Source of the DNA: Candidatus Aminicenantes bacterium
GTDB lineage: Bacteria; Acidobacteriota; Aminicenantia; Aminicenantales; JAFGBC01
Direction of reading: 5' to 3'
DNA: 64,000 nt
NCBI GenBank assembly: GCA_963702005.1
Contig: OY969696.1
Span: 2,752,001-2,816,000 of the forward strand
Part shown: positions 48,123 through 61,721 of the stretch, one piece after another
How the letters are laid out: each line of letters starts with the position of its first letter
Numbering within the stretch: position 1 is the stretch's first letter
Notes under the pieces: generated by a model
Told to the model about the DNA's origin: nothing
Databases searched by the model: none
Seen by the model: the letters and a program-made list of their open reading frames with translations, nothing else
Made by a program: the position numbers and the translations under genes

Positions 48123-49718
48123 ATGGGACACATCATCGGCATCGATCTGGGCACGACCTTTTCCTGCGTAGCCTACCTTGAAGGTCAGCGACCGCTCGTC
48201 ATTCCCAACCTCGAGGGGGCGCGGACGACGCCTTCGGTCGTGAGCTTCACGACCTCGGGCGAACGGCTGGTCGGGAACCTCGCCCTCCGCCAGGCCATCA
48301 CCAACCCGGAACACACCGTCTTCGCCGTCAAGCGGCTCATCGGCCGGAAGTTCGAATCCCCGGAGATCGGCGAGGCCCGCAAGAAGGTCGGGTTCGGACT
48401 GGGGGCGGCCGCCAACGGCGACGTCCAGATCCTGATCGACGAAAAGGCCATCACTCCCCAGGAAATCTCGGGGATCATCCTCGACTACCTCCGCCGCTGC
48501 GCCGAACAGTTCTTCGGGGAGCAGATCAACGAAGCCGTCGTGACCGTGCCCGCCCACTTCAACGACCTGCAGCGCCAGGCAACCAAGGACGCCGCTCAGA
48601 TCGCGGGCCTGGAGGTCCTCCGGGTTATCAACGAGCCGACCGCGGCCAGCCTCGCTTACGGCCTCGACGTCAAGAAGAACGTGACGATCGCCGTCTTCGA
48701 CATGGGCGGAGGGACCTTCGACATCACCCTGCTCGAGATCCAGGACGGCGTCTTTCACGTCCTGTCCACGAACGGCGACACCTACCTGGGCGGCGAGGAC
48801 TTCGACAACCGAATCGTCGAATGGCTCGTCGAGGAGTTCTGGAAGGAGCAGCGCGTCGACCTGACCCAGGACAAGCTGGCCTTGCAACGGATCAAGGAAG
48901 CGGCCGAACGGGCCAAGCGCGAGCTGTCCTTCACCCTGGAAAGCGAGATCAACCTCCCCTTCATCTGCTCGGCCAAGTCGAGCTCTCTCCACATCAAAAG
49001 GCTCCTGACCCGGGCCAAGATCGAGGAGCTGACCGAGGACCTCGTCAAGAAGACCCTGCCCTGCATCGACCGGGCTCTCGACGACGCCCGGCTGTCCCTG
49101 AATCAGATCCACGACATCATTCTCGTCGGCGGCCAGACCCGGATGCCCCTGATCAAAAAGACGATCGCCAATTTCTTCGGAAAGCCGCCCATCGAAGACA
49201 TCAACCCCGATGAGATCGTGGCCATGGGAGCGGCCATCCAGTCCGGGATCCTGGGCGGAAAAATGGAGGACCTCGTCCTCCTCCTCGACGTGACGGCCTT
49301 CTCGCTCGGGATCGAGACCGAGAACGATTCGTTCGAGACCATCATCGAGAGAAACACGACGATTCCGACCAAAATCACCAAGCCCTTTACGACCGTCGAG
49401 CATAACCAGCGCCAAGTCCGGCTTCACGTCCTCCAAGGCGAGAGCCCGGCCGCCCACGAGAACAAGTCCCTGGCGACCTTTTATCTGACGGGGATCGAGC
49501 CGGCCCCTGCCGGAGTCCCCCAAGTCGACGTGACCTTCGAGATCGACGCCGACGGTCTGGTCCGGGTTCACGCCCGAGACAAAGTCTCGGGAAGCGAACA
49601 GCGCCTCGAGGTCAGGCCGTCCTCGGGCCTGACCCGATCCGAACTCCAGACGATCATCGAACAGCACAAGATCCAGGAGCCGAGCGGAACGAAAGATGGA
49701 AAAAAAGGACTACTATAA
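48123..49718 (+). CDS. dnaK: DnaK/Hsp70 paralog lacking the alpha-helical lid (531 aa)
   Basis: [25 protein letters not shown] linker and SBD-beta; ends after helix A and overlaps the dnaJ start. Confidence 0.9.
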   Translation: MGHIIGIDLGTTFSCVAYLEGQRPLVIPNLEGARTTPSVVSFTTSGERLVGNLALRQAITNPEHTVFAVKRLIGRKFESPEIGEARKKVGFGLGAAANGDVQILIDEKAITPQEISGIILDYLRRCAEQFFGEQINEAVVTVPAHFNDLQRQATKDAAQIAGLEVLRVINEPTAASLAYGLDVKKNVTIAVFDMGGGTFDITLLEIQDGVFHVLSTNGDTYLGGEDFDNRIVEWLVEEFWKEQRVDLTQDKLALQRIKEAAERAKRELSFTLESEINLPFICSAKSSSLHIKRLLTRAKIEELTEDLVKKTLPCIDRALDDARLSLNQIHDIILVGGQTRMPLIKKTIANFFGKPPIEDINPDEIVAMGAAIQSGILGGKMEDLVLLLDVTAFSLGIETENDSFETIIERNTTIPTKITKPFTTVEHNQRQVRLHVLQGESPAAHENKSLATFYLTGIEPAPAGVPQVDVTFEIDADGLVRVHARDKVSGSEQRLEVRPSSGLTRSELQTIIEQHKIQEPSGTKDGKKGLL

Positions 49719-50829
49719 TATTCTGGGCGTCCGCCGGGAAGCCTCGCCCGACGAAATCAAGAAAGCCTACCGGCAGGCGGCCCTCCGCCATCATCCGGAC
49801 CGGAACCCCGGGAACAAGGACGCGGAGGAACGCTTCAAGGAAGCGGCCCAGGCCTACAGCGTCCTGGCCGACCCGGAAAAAAGGGCCGTCTACGACCGGT
49901 TCGGCGCCGACGGCCTGCGCGGCGAGGGCTTCGGCGGATTCCAGGGTTTCGACTCGTCGATCTTCGGCGATTTCGAGGATATCCTGGGCAATTTTTTCGG
50001 GTTCAGCTTCGGGGATCTGTTCGGGACGGGTTCGGGGCGGAGACGGGCGACGGCCCAGCGAGGCCGGGACCTGGCTCTCGAGCTCGAACTGACGCTCGAA
50101 GAGGCCGCCCACGGAGTCGAGAAGGAAATCCAGCTTGCCCGGGCCGAGCTCTGCCCGGCCTGCCGGGGGAGCAAGGCGGCGCCCGGGACCCGGAAATCGT
50201 CTTGCCCTCACTGCCAGGGGAGGGGACAGGTTCGCTATCAACAGGGCTTCTTCGTCGTCTCCCGGACCTGTTCGCGCTGCGGCGGGACGGGCGAAATTGT
50301 CGCGACGCCCTGCGCCGAGTGCAAGGGGACCGGCAGCCGCCGCCAAAAAAGGGCTCTGACCATCCGGATCCCGGCCGGGGTCGCCGACGGAACCCGGCTC
50401 CGGCTCCAGGGAGAGGGCGAGGCGGGCGACCGGGAAGACTTCCAGGGCGATCTCTATGTCGTGACCAGGGTTCGCAAGCATCCCTTTTTTGAGCGGGACG
50501 ACCTGAACCTGACCTGCAGGATCGAGATCGTCTTCAGCCAGGCGGCGTTGGGGATCATGGTCGAGATCCCGACCCTGGAAGGAAACGAAACCCTCAAGAT
50601 CCCGTCCGGGACCCAGCCCGGCGAGGTGTTCAGGATCAAGGGCAAGGGTCTTCGGGACCTTGACGGCCGCCGCAAGGGGGACCTGTTCGTCAAGGTCGAC
50701 GTGCGCGTCCCCGAGGACTTGACCAAGGACCAGAAATCGCTGCTCCGCCAGTTCGCGGAATCCCGCGGCGAAACGCTCGAAGGAGTCGAGAAGGGCCCGG
50801 CCCAAAAGGCCAAGCACATCTTCCATTAG
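49696..50829 (+). CDS. dnaJ: Chaperone DnaJ (class A)
   Basis: HPD J domain, G/F region and four CxxCxG repeats. Confidence 0.94.
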   Translation: MEKKDYYNILGVRREASPDEIKKAYRQAALRHHPDRNPGNKDAEERFKEAAQAYSVLADPEKRAVYDRFGADGLRGEGFGGFQGFDSSIFGDFEDILGNFFGFSFGDLFGTGSGRRRATAQRGRDLALELELTLEEAAHGVEKEIQLARAELCPACRGSKAAPGTRKSSCPHCQGRGQVRYQQGFFVVSRTCSRCGGTGEIVATPCAECKGTGSRRQKRALTIRIPAGVADGTRLRLQGEGEAGDREDFQGDLYVVTRVRKHPFFERDDLNLTCRIEIVFSQAALGIMVEIPTLEGNETLKIPSGTQPGEVFRIKGKGLRDLDGRRKGDLFVKVDVRVPEDLTKDQKSLLRQFAESRGETLEGVEKGPAQKAKHIFH

Positions 50830-50845
50830 GAATGAGGTCCGCCCT

Positions 50846-51589
50846 TTGACGTCCAATCACTTCTTCGTCCTCAAGGACAACATCGCTTGGCCCGAGGCCT
50901 TCCTGGGGGGGGATCAACACCGCCATTTGAGCATCGTCCTCCGCTCCCGCCCCGGCGATGAAGTCTGGCTCTTCGACGAGAACGGCGCCCGCTACCGGGG
51001 CCGGGTTGAAGCCGTTGAAAAGGAGCGGACGGTCATCGGCCTCGTCGAAATCCTTCCCGCTTCGGCGGAGCCGCGCGTCAAGATCGTGCTGGCCCAGGCC
51101 CTGCTCAAACAGAAGCCCATGGACTTCATCATCTCCAAGGCGACCGAGCTGGGCGCGGCCGGAATCGTGCCCGTCGCGGCCGGCCGTTCGGTCATCAAGC
51201 TCGACGGCGGCTGGGAACGCAAGGCGGCCCGCTGGACGAGAATCGCCCGGGAAGCGGCCAAGCAGAGCCGCCGGGCCTCCCTCCCTTCGATCGGTCCTCC
51301 GCGCTCGATCGCCGAGCTGGGGGACCCGGCCGAAGCGGGGGAGGAGCGGTTCGTCCTGTCCGAAAAGGGCGATCCCCCTCTCAAGACAAGGCTGCTCGCG
51401 ATCCTGGGGAAGGGCCTGCCGGACCGGGCCGTGATCGCGGTCGGTCCCGAGGGAGGCTGGACCGAGTCCGAAGAGAAGTCTCTCGGTTCGGGCGGATTTG
51501 AGCCCGTGAGCCTGGGCGGCCGGATCCTCAGGGCGGAGACGGCGTCGCTGGTGGCGATCGCCTTGATCGATCATCTCTGGAATCTCTGA
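50846..51589 (+). CDS. rsmE: 16S rRNA m3U1498 methyltransferase
   Basis: HL.IVLR, KATELG, EAAKQS.R, VGPEGG and LG.RILRAETA. Confidence 0.93.
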   Translation: MTSNHFFVLKDNIAWPEAFLGGDQHRHLSIVLRSRPGDEVWLFDENGARYRGRVEAVEKERTVIGLVEILPASAEPRVKIVLAQALLKQKPMDFIISKATELGAAGIVPVAAGRSVIKLDGGWERKAARWTRIAREAAKQSRRASLPSIGPPRSIAELGDPAEAGEERFVLSEKGDPPLKTRLLAILGKGLPDRAVIAVGPEGGWTESEEKSLGSGGFEPVSLGGRILRAETASLVAIALIDHLWNL

Positions 51590-51590
51590 C

Positions 51591-52529
51591 ATGTTTTTAC
51601 AAGGGCAGAAAGTCGGAAAGTACGAGATCATCCGCTCCCTGGGGAGCGGCGGGTTCGGGTCCGTGTTCCTGGCCCGCGACACATGGCTCGACATCAAGGT
51701 CGCCATCAAGGTCCCCCACAAGCAGTCGGCCGAGCTGTTCAAGCTCCTCAAGGAGCCGCGCCTCCAGGCCGCCCTTAACCATCCCAACATCGTCCGGATG
51801 CTGGCCGCCGAGAAAGAGAACAAGGTCTTCTTCATGGTCATGGAATACGTCAAGGGTCCGACCCTGGAAAAGATCCTCGAAAAGGAAAAGGTCCTCGAGG
51901 CCGATACGTCCGTCGACTACATCAAGCAAGTCTGCTACGGGATCGACCACGCCCACAAGAACAAGATCATCCATCGCGACCTCAGGCCCTCCAACATCAT
52001 CATTTCCGAGGAGGGGACGGCCAAGATCACGGACTTCGGGACCTCGGCCTGGCTCCAGAACGTCCCCTACGCTTCGACGCGGATCGGATCGCCCCCCTAC
52101 ATGGCGCCCGAGCAGTTCCTGGGCAAGGCGACCTACGCCTCCGACATCTATTCTATCGGCTGCATTTTTTACGAGATGATCACGGGCCGGCCGCCCATCT
52201 TCGACCCCGATCCGTTCAAGATCCTGGAAAAGGCCCAAGAGGGGAAAATCACGCCGCCCCGAATCAAGAACAGCCGGGTTCCGAAGGAAATCGACGAAAT
52301 CATCATGCGCTGCCTGGCCTCCAAGACCGAGGACCGCTACCCCCGGGCCTCCGACATCGTCAAGGCTCTATCAGCCCTCAAGGGCAAGCAGACGCCCGGG
52401 TCGGAGATCGACGACATCCTCTCCCGGATTCGGGCCCGGGAACGGACGAACGCCGATTTGTGCTGGAACTGCCGACGGCCGCTGCCCCTCAAATCCCGGC
52501 AGTGCCCCCACTGCGGCGAGACGATCTGA
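51591..52529 (+). CDS. Cytoplasmic Hanks-type Ser/Thr kinase with a C-terminal zinc ribbon
   Basis: LGSGGFG, VAIK, HRDLRPSN, DFG, YMAPE and CWNC...CPHC; no TM helix. Confidence 0.92.
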   Translation: MFLQGQKVGKYEIIRSLGSGGFGSVFLARDTWLDIKVAIKVPHKQSAELFKLLKEPRLQAALNHPNIVRMLAAEKENKVFFMVMEYVKGPTLEKILEKEKVLEADTSVDYIKQVCYGIDHAHKNKIIHRDLRPSNIIISEEGTAKITDFGTSAWLQNVPYASTRIGSPPYMAPEQFLGKATYASDIYSIGCIFYEMITGRPPIFDPDPFKILEKAQEGKITPPRIKNSRVPKEIDEIIMRCLASKTEDRYPRASDIVKALSALKGKQTPGSEIDDILSRIRARERTNADLCWNCRRPLPLKSRQCPHCGETI

Positions 52530-52604
52530 GGACCGGGACCGGCCGGGCTGGAATCGACCGCCAGTCCGGCGTATAATAGACGCGCAGAAGAGGCGGACAG
52601 ATCG

Positions 52605-54557
52605 ATGGGACGTTCGATTCTTTCCCTAAGCCAGGCGGCCGGCGGCACGCCGCCGAAAAGGCCCGGAGGGATCTTTTTCGACGTCCACTGCCATGCCTTC
52701 AACCTCAGCCATGCCGGTCTCCTGTCCTTTCTCAACCGGTTCTTCCTCAACAACACGCTGACCTTCGAGGATGTTCTCCGGATGAGGCTCTTCCGGATCC
52801 TGAAAAAGTTTCTGAAAAGCCGCGAAAACGGGAGGCGCCTCCGGCTGAAGCGGATCATCCTCATCGGCGTCGGCGTTGCGATTCTATGTCTCCTTGGGTT
52901 GGGACTCGTCGGACTCAACGGCCTCCTGGCCGCGGCGCGGCTCCCGCTCCTGGGGAGAATCTTGATCGCCTCTCTGGCGGCGCTGCTGATCGTTGCCCTT
53001 CTACCCCTGATTCTCATTCTCCTCATCTGGCGCAAGAAACGGGCCCTGACAAAGGGCGCCGCCCGCGTCGTCAACCTTCTCTCCCTCATCGAGAACGACC
53101 TCGGGCGACAGTTTCTACTCTTGGAATTGGACATCCTCCGCTCGGATGAGCGGTCCCGCGGCCTCGTCGCGCGGCTGGAGACCAGGCCGGACAGCCGCTC
53201 CCTCTGCAAAAGCATCGGGGAGGAGTGGAGGAAAATCTGCCGCAGCCGTTTCCGCATCGGAGGCCGGGAATATCGAAAAGTTTTTTTGACGCCGCTGATG
53301 ATGGATTTCAATTACAAGGGTTTCATATTCCCCCGGAAGGAATATCCCCAGATCCAATATCGCCTTGCTCCCAGGAAGTCCATCATCGACCAGCTCATCG
53401 ACCTTCAATTCGGCATTCGCGATTATTGGAAGCGCAGCCCGTTCCAAGCGCTGGAGATCCATCCCTTCATGGGCCTCAACACCCGGAACTACGGTCTCGG
53501 CGCGGTCGGCGGCGTCCGTCTCGACCCGGAAGGTTGGGCGCGGAGCCGGGTCTCCCTCCGGAATCGCGTTTTCTACATCGAGGACCGGCATCTCCTGGCC
53601 CTCGTCCGGAAGCCCGAAGGAGGCCAGGCCAAGCGCTTGCTGAGCCTGGCCGCCGGCGCGGAGGATCGAAAAATCATCCTGAAGCTCATCGCTAGCTTCG
53701 ATTCCGATTTCAGCCCCAAAAACAGCCTGGCCGTCATGCTGGACAAGTATTTCAGAGACTATCAGGACCGCTACGATCGGATCAGGGAATCGTTCGAGGC
53801 TTTCCGGGACGGGCCGGCTCCGCGGGCGCGGCTGTCCGCCCGGACGCCGGATAAAACCGACACCCGAACCATCGGCCGAGGCTTTTTCGCCGGTATCAAA
53901 GTCTATCCGCCGCTCGGCTTCGACCCTTGGCCGGATCCGGCCGAAGCCGACGTCCTCAGCGGTCCCCGCGAAAGAAGCACAATGCGAAGGCGCTACGCGT
54001 TCGAGCGCCGCAAAGTGGAATTTCTCTACGCCTTCTGCCAGAAGAAGGGGATCCCGGTCACGACGCACTGCGGGGACTCGGGATTTCAGGTCGAGGATCG
54101 GGAGCGATCATTAGCGTTCACCTGTCCTGACCGCTGGGCGAACGCGCTCCACGAATTCCCGAACCTGAAGCTCAATTTCGCTCATTTCGGAACCCAGGCG
54201 GAGGCCGGTCCCCGCCTTTGGATGCAGAGGATCATCGACCTCATGCGCGACTTCCCGAACGTCTATGCCGACTTTTCCTACCGGGGGGTCGATCCCGGCT
54301 ACTACGACCGCCTGGCGGCCGTCCTCAGGGCCCTGCCCGTCGGCCAGGCCGGCATCGTCAAAACGCGAATCCTGTTCGGGACGGATTTCCTGATCAACCT
54401 CATCGATACGGGGTCCTATCAGGACTACCTGGGGACCTTCGTCGACACGAAGGCCCTAAGCCCCGAAGACAAGGTTCTGTTCAGCGAAATCAACCCGGCC
54501 CGATTCCTTTTTGGAGAGTCGGGGGGCCGCCGGATCCGGCTCCGTCCGGAAAAATGA
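52605..54557 (+). CDS. Amidohydrolase_2-family metallo-hydrolase with a membrane hairpin insertion
   Basis: DVHCH, GIKVYPPLG, PVTTHC, FAHFG, NVYADFS and LFGTD; two hydrophobic helices near residues 85-140. Confidence 0.75.
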   Translation: MGRSILSLSQAAGGTPPKRPGGIFFDVHCHAFNLSHAGLLSFLNRFFLNNTLTFEDVLRMRLFRILKKFLKSRENGRRLRLKRIILIGVGVAILCLLGLGLVGLNGLLAAARLPLLGRILIASLAALLIVALLPLILILLIWRKKRALTKGAARVVNLLSLIENDLGRQFLLLELDILRSDERSRGLVARLETRPDSRSLCKSIGEEWRKICRSRFRIGGREYRKVFLTPLMMDFNYKGFIFPRKEYPQIQYRLAPRKSIIDQLIDLQFGIRDYWKRSPFQALEIHPFMGLNTRNYGLGAVGGVRLDPEGWARSRVSLRNRVFYIEDRHLLALVRKPEGGQAKRLLSLAAGAEDRKIILKLIASFDSDFSPKNSLAVMLDKYFRDYQDRYDRIRESFEAFRDGPAPRARLSARTPDKTDTRTIGRGFFAGIKVYPPLGFDPWPDPAEADVLSGPRERSTMRRRYAFERRKVEFLYAFCQKKGIPVTTHCGDSGFQVEDRERSLAFTCPDRWANALHEFPNLKLNFAHFGTQAEAGPRLWMQRIIDLMRDFPNVYADFSYRGVDPGYYDRLAAVLRALPVGQAGIVKTRILFGTDFLINLIDTGSYQDYLGTFVDTKALSPEDKVLFSEINPARFLFGESGGRRIRLRPEK

Positions 54558-54769
54558 AGATCGAATCGCCATCAGGTTCACCCGACTCATAGTCGGGAGA
54601 GAGCCCGTGGAATAAAGGGGGACGAAAATGGCTGTTTTCATCAGTTGTTTGGGCCCTTAAACGAGAAAAGGGCGGGGGTTTGACTTTCGGCCGAGGATGG
54701 GGTTAACATGAGTCGTGGTTCAGGTGGACATCCCCATTTCACGATTCGGCCGGAGCGAAGGAGTCGTCC

Positions 54770-55696
54770 ATGAGCCCTTTTAATCCCGAGGCGAAGGTCT
54801 GGATGAACGGGACATTCGTCCTCTGGAAAAACGCCAATATCCACGTCGCCTCCCACGTCATCCACTACGGCACATCCATCTTTGAAGGTTTTCGGGCCTA
54901 CGACACGCCGCGCGGCACGGCCCTGTTTCGTCTCGACGCCCATACCCGCCGTTTATATAATTCCTGCAAAATCTACAGGATGAAGATTCCCTACGGTGAA
55001 GAGGACTTCAACCGAGCCGTCGTCGAAACCGTCAAGGTCAACGGCTTCCGTTCCGGTTACGTTCGTCCTCTCGTTTACCGCGGCTACGGCGCGCTGGGCG
55101 TGGACCCGTCCCCCAACCCGGTCGATTGCGCCATCCTCGTCTGGGAATGGGGCAATTATCTGGGCGAGGGCTCCCTCGAGCAGGGCGTCGACGTCAAGGT
55201 CTCGACCTGGCAGCGGATGGCGCCGAACACCTTCCCGGCGCTGGCCAAGGCCGGCGCCAACTACATGAATTCCCAGCTTATCAAAATGGAAGCTCTCCTC
55301 GACGGCTACGCGGAAGGGATCGCCCTCAACGTCCGCGGCCATGTCAGCGAAGGAAGCGGCGAAAACATCTTCCTCGTCCAGGATGGGACGGTCTATACGC
55401 CGCCCCTGTCGTCCTCGGTCCTGCCCGGGATCACCCGCGACTCGGTCATGACGATCCTCCGCGAGCGGGGCGTTCCCCTCGTCCAGGACACGATCCCGCG
55501 CGAGATGCTCTACATCGCCGACGAGGTTTTTTTCACCGGGTCGGCCGCCGAGATCACGCCCATCCGCTCCATCGACAAGATCCAGGTCGGGAAGGGAGGC
55601 CGGGGCCCGGTCACCAAACTGGTCCAGGATGAGTTTTTCGGATACATCAACGGTAAGAAGCCGGACGTCCACGGCTGGCTGACCTTCGTCGCCTGA
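54770..55696 (+). CDS. ilvE: Branched-chain amino acid aminotransferase
   Basis: [28 protein letters not shown] and LPGITR. Confidence 0.95.
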   Translation: MSPFNPEAKVWMNGTFVLWKNANIHVASHVIHYGTSIFEGFRAYDTPRGTALFRLDAHTRRLYNSCKIYRMKIPYGEEDFNRAVVETVKVNGFRSGYVRPLVYRGYGALGVDPSPNPVDCAILVWEWGNYLGEGSLEQGVDVKVSTWQRMAPNTFPALAKAGANYMNSQLIKMEALLDGYAEGIALNVRGHVSEGSGENIFLVQDGTVYTPPLSSSVLPGITRDSVMTILRERGVPLVQDTIPREMLYIADEVFFTGSAAEITPIRSIDKIQVGKGGRGPVTKLVQDEFFGYINGKKPDVHGWLTFVA

Positions 55697-55726
55697 GGCC
55701 GCCCGCCCGGGAAAGGAGTCGTGGCC

Positions 55727-56896
55727 ATGGAAATCGACGAGTTGCTGAAGATCGCCATCGAACGGGACGCCTCCGACCTCCACTGCAAGGCCGGCAATTA
55801 CCCGATGATCCGCGTCCACGGAACGCTCATCCCCTTGACGACGTTTCCCCGCCTCAGTCCCGAGGACACCCAGGATCTGGCCGGACAGATGATGACGGAC
55901 TACCAGAAGGCCCGGCTTCAGACCGAGATGGACATCGACCTCGCCTACAGCCTCCAGGGCTTCGGCCGGTTCCGCGGCAACATCTATCTCCAGCGCGGGT
56001 CGCTGGCCGTCTCGCTCCGGATCATTCCGCTCGAGATCAAGGCCATCAAAGACCTCCTGCTGCCGTCCGCCCTGGAGAAGATCTGCCTCTACCAGCGGGG
56101 CCTCGTCCTCGTCACCGGGACGACCGGCAGCGGCAAGTCGACGACCCTGGCCTCGATGATCGATTTCATCAACATCCATCGCAAGGAAAACATCATCACG
56201 ATCGAGGACCCGATCGAGTACCTCCATAAGGACAAGAAGAGCACGATCAGTCAGCGCGAGGTCGGGATGGACGTCATCAGCTTCTCCCGAGGCCTGCGGG
56301 CAACCCTGCGCGAGGACCCCGACGTCATCCTGGTCGGCGAGATGCGGGACCTGGACACGATCGAGACGGCCATCCTGGCCGCCGAGACGGGCCACCTCGT
56401 CTTCAGCACCCTCCACACCCTGGACGCCCCGGAGAGCATCAACCGGATCGTCTCCGTCTTCCCGCCCCACCACCAGCGCCAGGTCCGGCTCCAGCTCTCG
56501 AGCATCCTCAAGTCCGTCATCTCGATGCGCCTCATCCCCCGGGTCGACGGCACAGGCCGCGTCCCGGCCGTCGAGGTCATGATCACGACGCCCTACATCT
56601 CGGAGTGCGTCCAGGACAAGGAGAAGACAACCCTCATCCGCGACGCGATCGCCGGCGGCGTCTCCCAGTACGGCATGCAGACCTTCGACCAATCCATCTA
56701 CCAGCTCTACCGGGACGGCTACATCTCGTTCGAGCAGGGCCTCCGCTACTCCTCGAACCCCGACCACTTCAAGCTCAAGGTCATGGGGATTCAGTCGACC
56801 CTGGATATCGCCCTCGAGTCCATGGAGCAGGGCATGTCTCCGATCGAGCGCAAGGAAGGGCCGGCCATCGTCCCGATCGGGGAGGACGAAGCCTAA
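55727..56896 (+). CDS. pilT: PilT/PilU-family type IV pilus retraction ATPase
   Basis: ASDLH, GTTGSGKST, TIEDPIE, LREDPDVILVGEMRD, AETGHLVFSTLHT and GMQTFDQ. Confidence 0.88.
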   Translation: MEIDELLKIAIERDASDLHCKAGNYPMIRVHGTLIPLTTFPRLSPEDTQDLAGQMMTDYQKARLQTEMDIDLAYSLQGFGRFRGNIYLQRGSLAVSLRIIPLEIKAIKDLLLPSALEKICLYQRGLVLVTGTTGSGKSTTLASMIDFINIHRKENIITIEDPIEYLHKDKKSTISQREVGMDVISFSRGLRATLREDPDVILVGEMRDLDTIETAILAAETGHLVFSTLHTLDAPESINRIVSVFPPHHQRQVRLQLSSILKSVISMRLIPRVDGTGRVPAVEVMITTPYISECVQDKEKTTLIRDAIAGGVSQYGMQTFDQSIYQLYRDGYISFEQGLRYSSNPDHFKLKVMGIQSTLDIALESMEQGMSPIERKEGPAIVPIGEDEA

Positions 56897-56929
56897 ACGG
56901 CGTCTCCAAGACCTAAGAACGGAACTCCC

Positions 56930-59566
<2,637 letters not shown>

Positions 59567-59640
59567 GCGTCCTCCCCAAGATCACCCCTAAAGGGGATTG
59601 CCAAAGACGGCCGGTTTGAGCAAGAATAGAAGCGAGTCCG

Positions 59641-60237
59641 ATGGACGAGAAGTCGAACCGAATCCCTCTTGCGGCAGTGCTGGCCTTCGGCTTTCTCCTC
59701 TGGGGGATCGCCGCGCGGCCGGCGGCGGCCGCCCGAATCGAGCATCCTCTCAAAAAGATCTACGATCCCATCGTCAGCGCCAGCGCCTACAAGCACAGCA
59801 TACCGGTCGACCTCATCCACTCCATCATCCTGGCCGAATCCAACTATGACGCGGGCGCCGTTTCGGCTAAAGGGGCAATAGGCCTTATGCAGCTCATGCC
59901 CGAAACGGCCCGTGCTTACGGAGTCGCCAATCCCTTCGACCCGGCCCAGAACATCGAGGGCGGGGTCAAGTACATCAAGGACCTTACCAAGCTTTTCGAT
60001 CGCTCGACGAGCAAGGTCCTGGCCGCCTACAACGCGGGGCAGGAAGCCATCAAGAAATACGGAGGCATCCCCCCCTACCGCGAGACGCTGACATACATCC
60101 GGCGGGTCATGGGCGTGGGCGGCTACCGGAAGTCCGTCATCTCGACCCGGACTCCCATCTATAAGTATTATGACGTGACCGGCTGCCCCGTCCTGACCAA
60201 CGATTATATGCTCTACCTGGCCAACAAATCCCGCTGA
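59641..60237 (+). CDS. Lytic transglycosylase (SLT domain)
   Basis: AESNY, SAKGAIGLMQLMP and AAYNAG. Confidence 0.9.
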   Translation: MDEKSNRIPLAAVLAFGFLLWGIAARPAAAARIEHPLKKIYDPIVSASAYKHSIPVDLIHSIILAESNYDAGAVSAKGAIGLMQLMPETARAYGVANPFDPAQNIEGGVKYIKDLTKLFDRSTSKVLAAYNAGQEAIKKYGGIPPYRETLTYIRRVMGVGGYRKSVISTRTPIYKYYDVTGCPVLTNDYMLYLANKSR

Positions 60238-60253
60238 AGCGGGAGCCGTCCCC

Positions 60254-61189
60254 TTAGCCCGCGTATCCCTTGATGACGATGTTCCGCGGCACGATCTCGA
60301 ACACGGCCGGGAGCTCTCCCAGTTGTTCGCCGTCCAGTTCGAGAAGGACGGGCTCCGGGTCTTCGGATACTGCCTCGATCCGGCGTCCCCGTACGAGGCT
60401 GATCTTAGGATGGGAGAGATGGCTGCCGTTGATGAGCTTCCAGCCGTGGCGGCAAAATTCGAGGAACCTCATCCCTTTGACCAGGACGAGATCGAATAGG
60501 CCGTCATCGAGACGGGCCTGGGGGGCGACCTTCATCCCTTTCCCGAAGATCCGGCCGTTGGCCACCGCGCCGATCAGGTATTCGTCGGCGGGAAAGGTTT
60601 GGTTGTCGACCCGGACGTGGAGTCGTTTGTTCCGGTAGCGCATCATCGTCGTCACCAGGCATCTGACGTAGGACGAGGCGCGCCGTTCCATCCTATTCCG
60701 ATTGACTTTAGCGACGACCTCTCCGCCCACGCCGAAGTCGGCGATGTTGAGGAAATAGCGCTCTTCGTCCCGGCCCGCCCGCGTTCGGTACGTCACCTTC
60801 CCGACGTCGATCGGCGCCGCGGGCCCCTCGGCGATGACCCGGAGGGCGCCCTTGAGGTTCATCGGGATGCTCAGGCTCCGGGCGAAATCGCAACCGGTCC
60901 CGGAGGGGACGATGCCCAGCGCGGCCTCGGGATTGATGGGCCGGCGGTCCTCGAAGAATCCGTTCCCGATCTCGTTGAGGGTCCCATCGCCGCCGACGCC
61001 GATGACGAGCTCGGTGCCGCTCTTGAGGGCGGAACGGGTGATCTCGATGGCCTCCAGGGGTCCGCCCGTGAACTCGCAACGGTATTCCTTGAGGAATCCC
61101 CGGAAGGCCTCCTTGATCTGGGCCCAGCGCTTCCGAGTCCGGCCCTGGTTCGATTCAGGATTGACTATGACCTGGGTCTTGAGGCGCAT
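60254..61189 (-). CDS. Diacylglycerol kinase-family (YegS/DagK) lipid kinase
   Basis: IVNPES, GGDGTLNE, PSGTGCDFAR, DDGLFD and DGE. Confidence 0.88.
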   Translation of the reverse strand: MRLKTQVIVNPESNQGRTRKRWAQIKEAFRGFLKEYRCEFTGGPLEAIEITRSALKSGTELVIGVGGDGTLNEIGNGFFEDRRPINPEAALGIVPSGTGCDFARSLSIPMNLKGALRVIAEGPAAPIDVGKVTYRTRAGRDEERYFLNIADFGVGGEVVAKVNRNRMERRASSYVRCLVTTMMRYRNKRLHVRVDNQTFPADEYLIGAVANGRIFGKGMKVAPQARLDDGLFDLVLVKGMRFLEFCRHGWKLINGSHLSHPKISLVRGRRIEAVSEDPEPVLLELDGEQLGELPAVFEIVPRNIVIKGYAG

Positions 61190-61679
61190 TGCCGGCTCCC
61201 GGAGGGATGGCGGTCTTTCGTCCGAAGAGAGAGACGCCGATGATCCCGCCCAGCGCGCCGAAGGCGGCAAAGAGAACGGCCGAGATGATCAGCCCGATTA
61301 GAAACCAGGCCATGGACGGCCCTCCCGCGGTGCTCCGCTCGAACCAGGAATCCCAGCCCGAGGGCATGTCCTGGGCGTACTTGGCGATCCGTTCCATCAG
61401 CCCCTTGACGAATTCGGCATTGATCGCCCTCATCGGAAGGCTGACCAGGGCTTCCACGAAGGCCGCCACCACGCCCGTCAGCATGCCGACGATGGCGCCG
61501 TCCCCGGGCTTCAGGCTCCGCGGGGAATCTTTAGCCGTGAGGTGGACGGCCAGGACGGCTCCGCCGATGATCCACAGACAGCAGAGGCAGCTCAGGATCG
61601 GAACGCCGGACAGGACGCCCGCGACCGCGCCGCCGATCAGGGCGGGTACCAGCATTTCCGGCCTTTGAGTGTCGGTCAT
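61155..61679 (-). CDS. Gly-rich integral membrane protein of unknown function
   Basis: Four hydrophobic segments and a CLCC motif; coupled to the lipid kinase gene. Confidence 0.7.
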   Translation of the reverse strand: MTDTQRPEMLVPALIGGAVAGVLSGVPILSCLCCLWIIGGAVLAVHLTAKDSPRSLKPGDGAIVGMLTGVVAAFVEALVSLPMRAINAEFVKGLMERIAKYAQDMPSGWDSWFERSTAGGPSMAWFLIGLIISAVLFAAFGALGGIIGVSLFGRKTAIPPGAGNAPQDPGHSQS

Positions 61680-61721
61680 CGTCTGTCCTCCTAACCTGCG
61701 GGTCTTTACCGCTCGACTATT

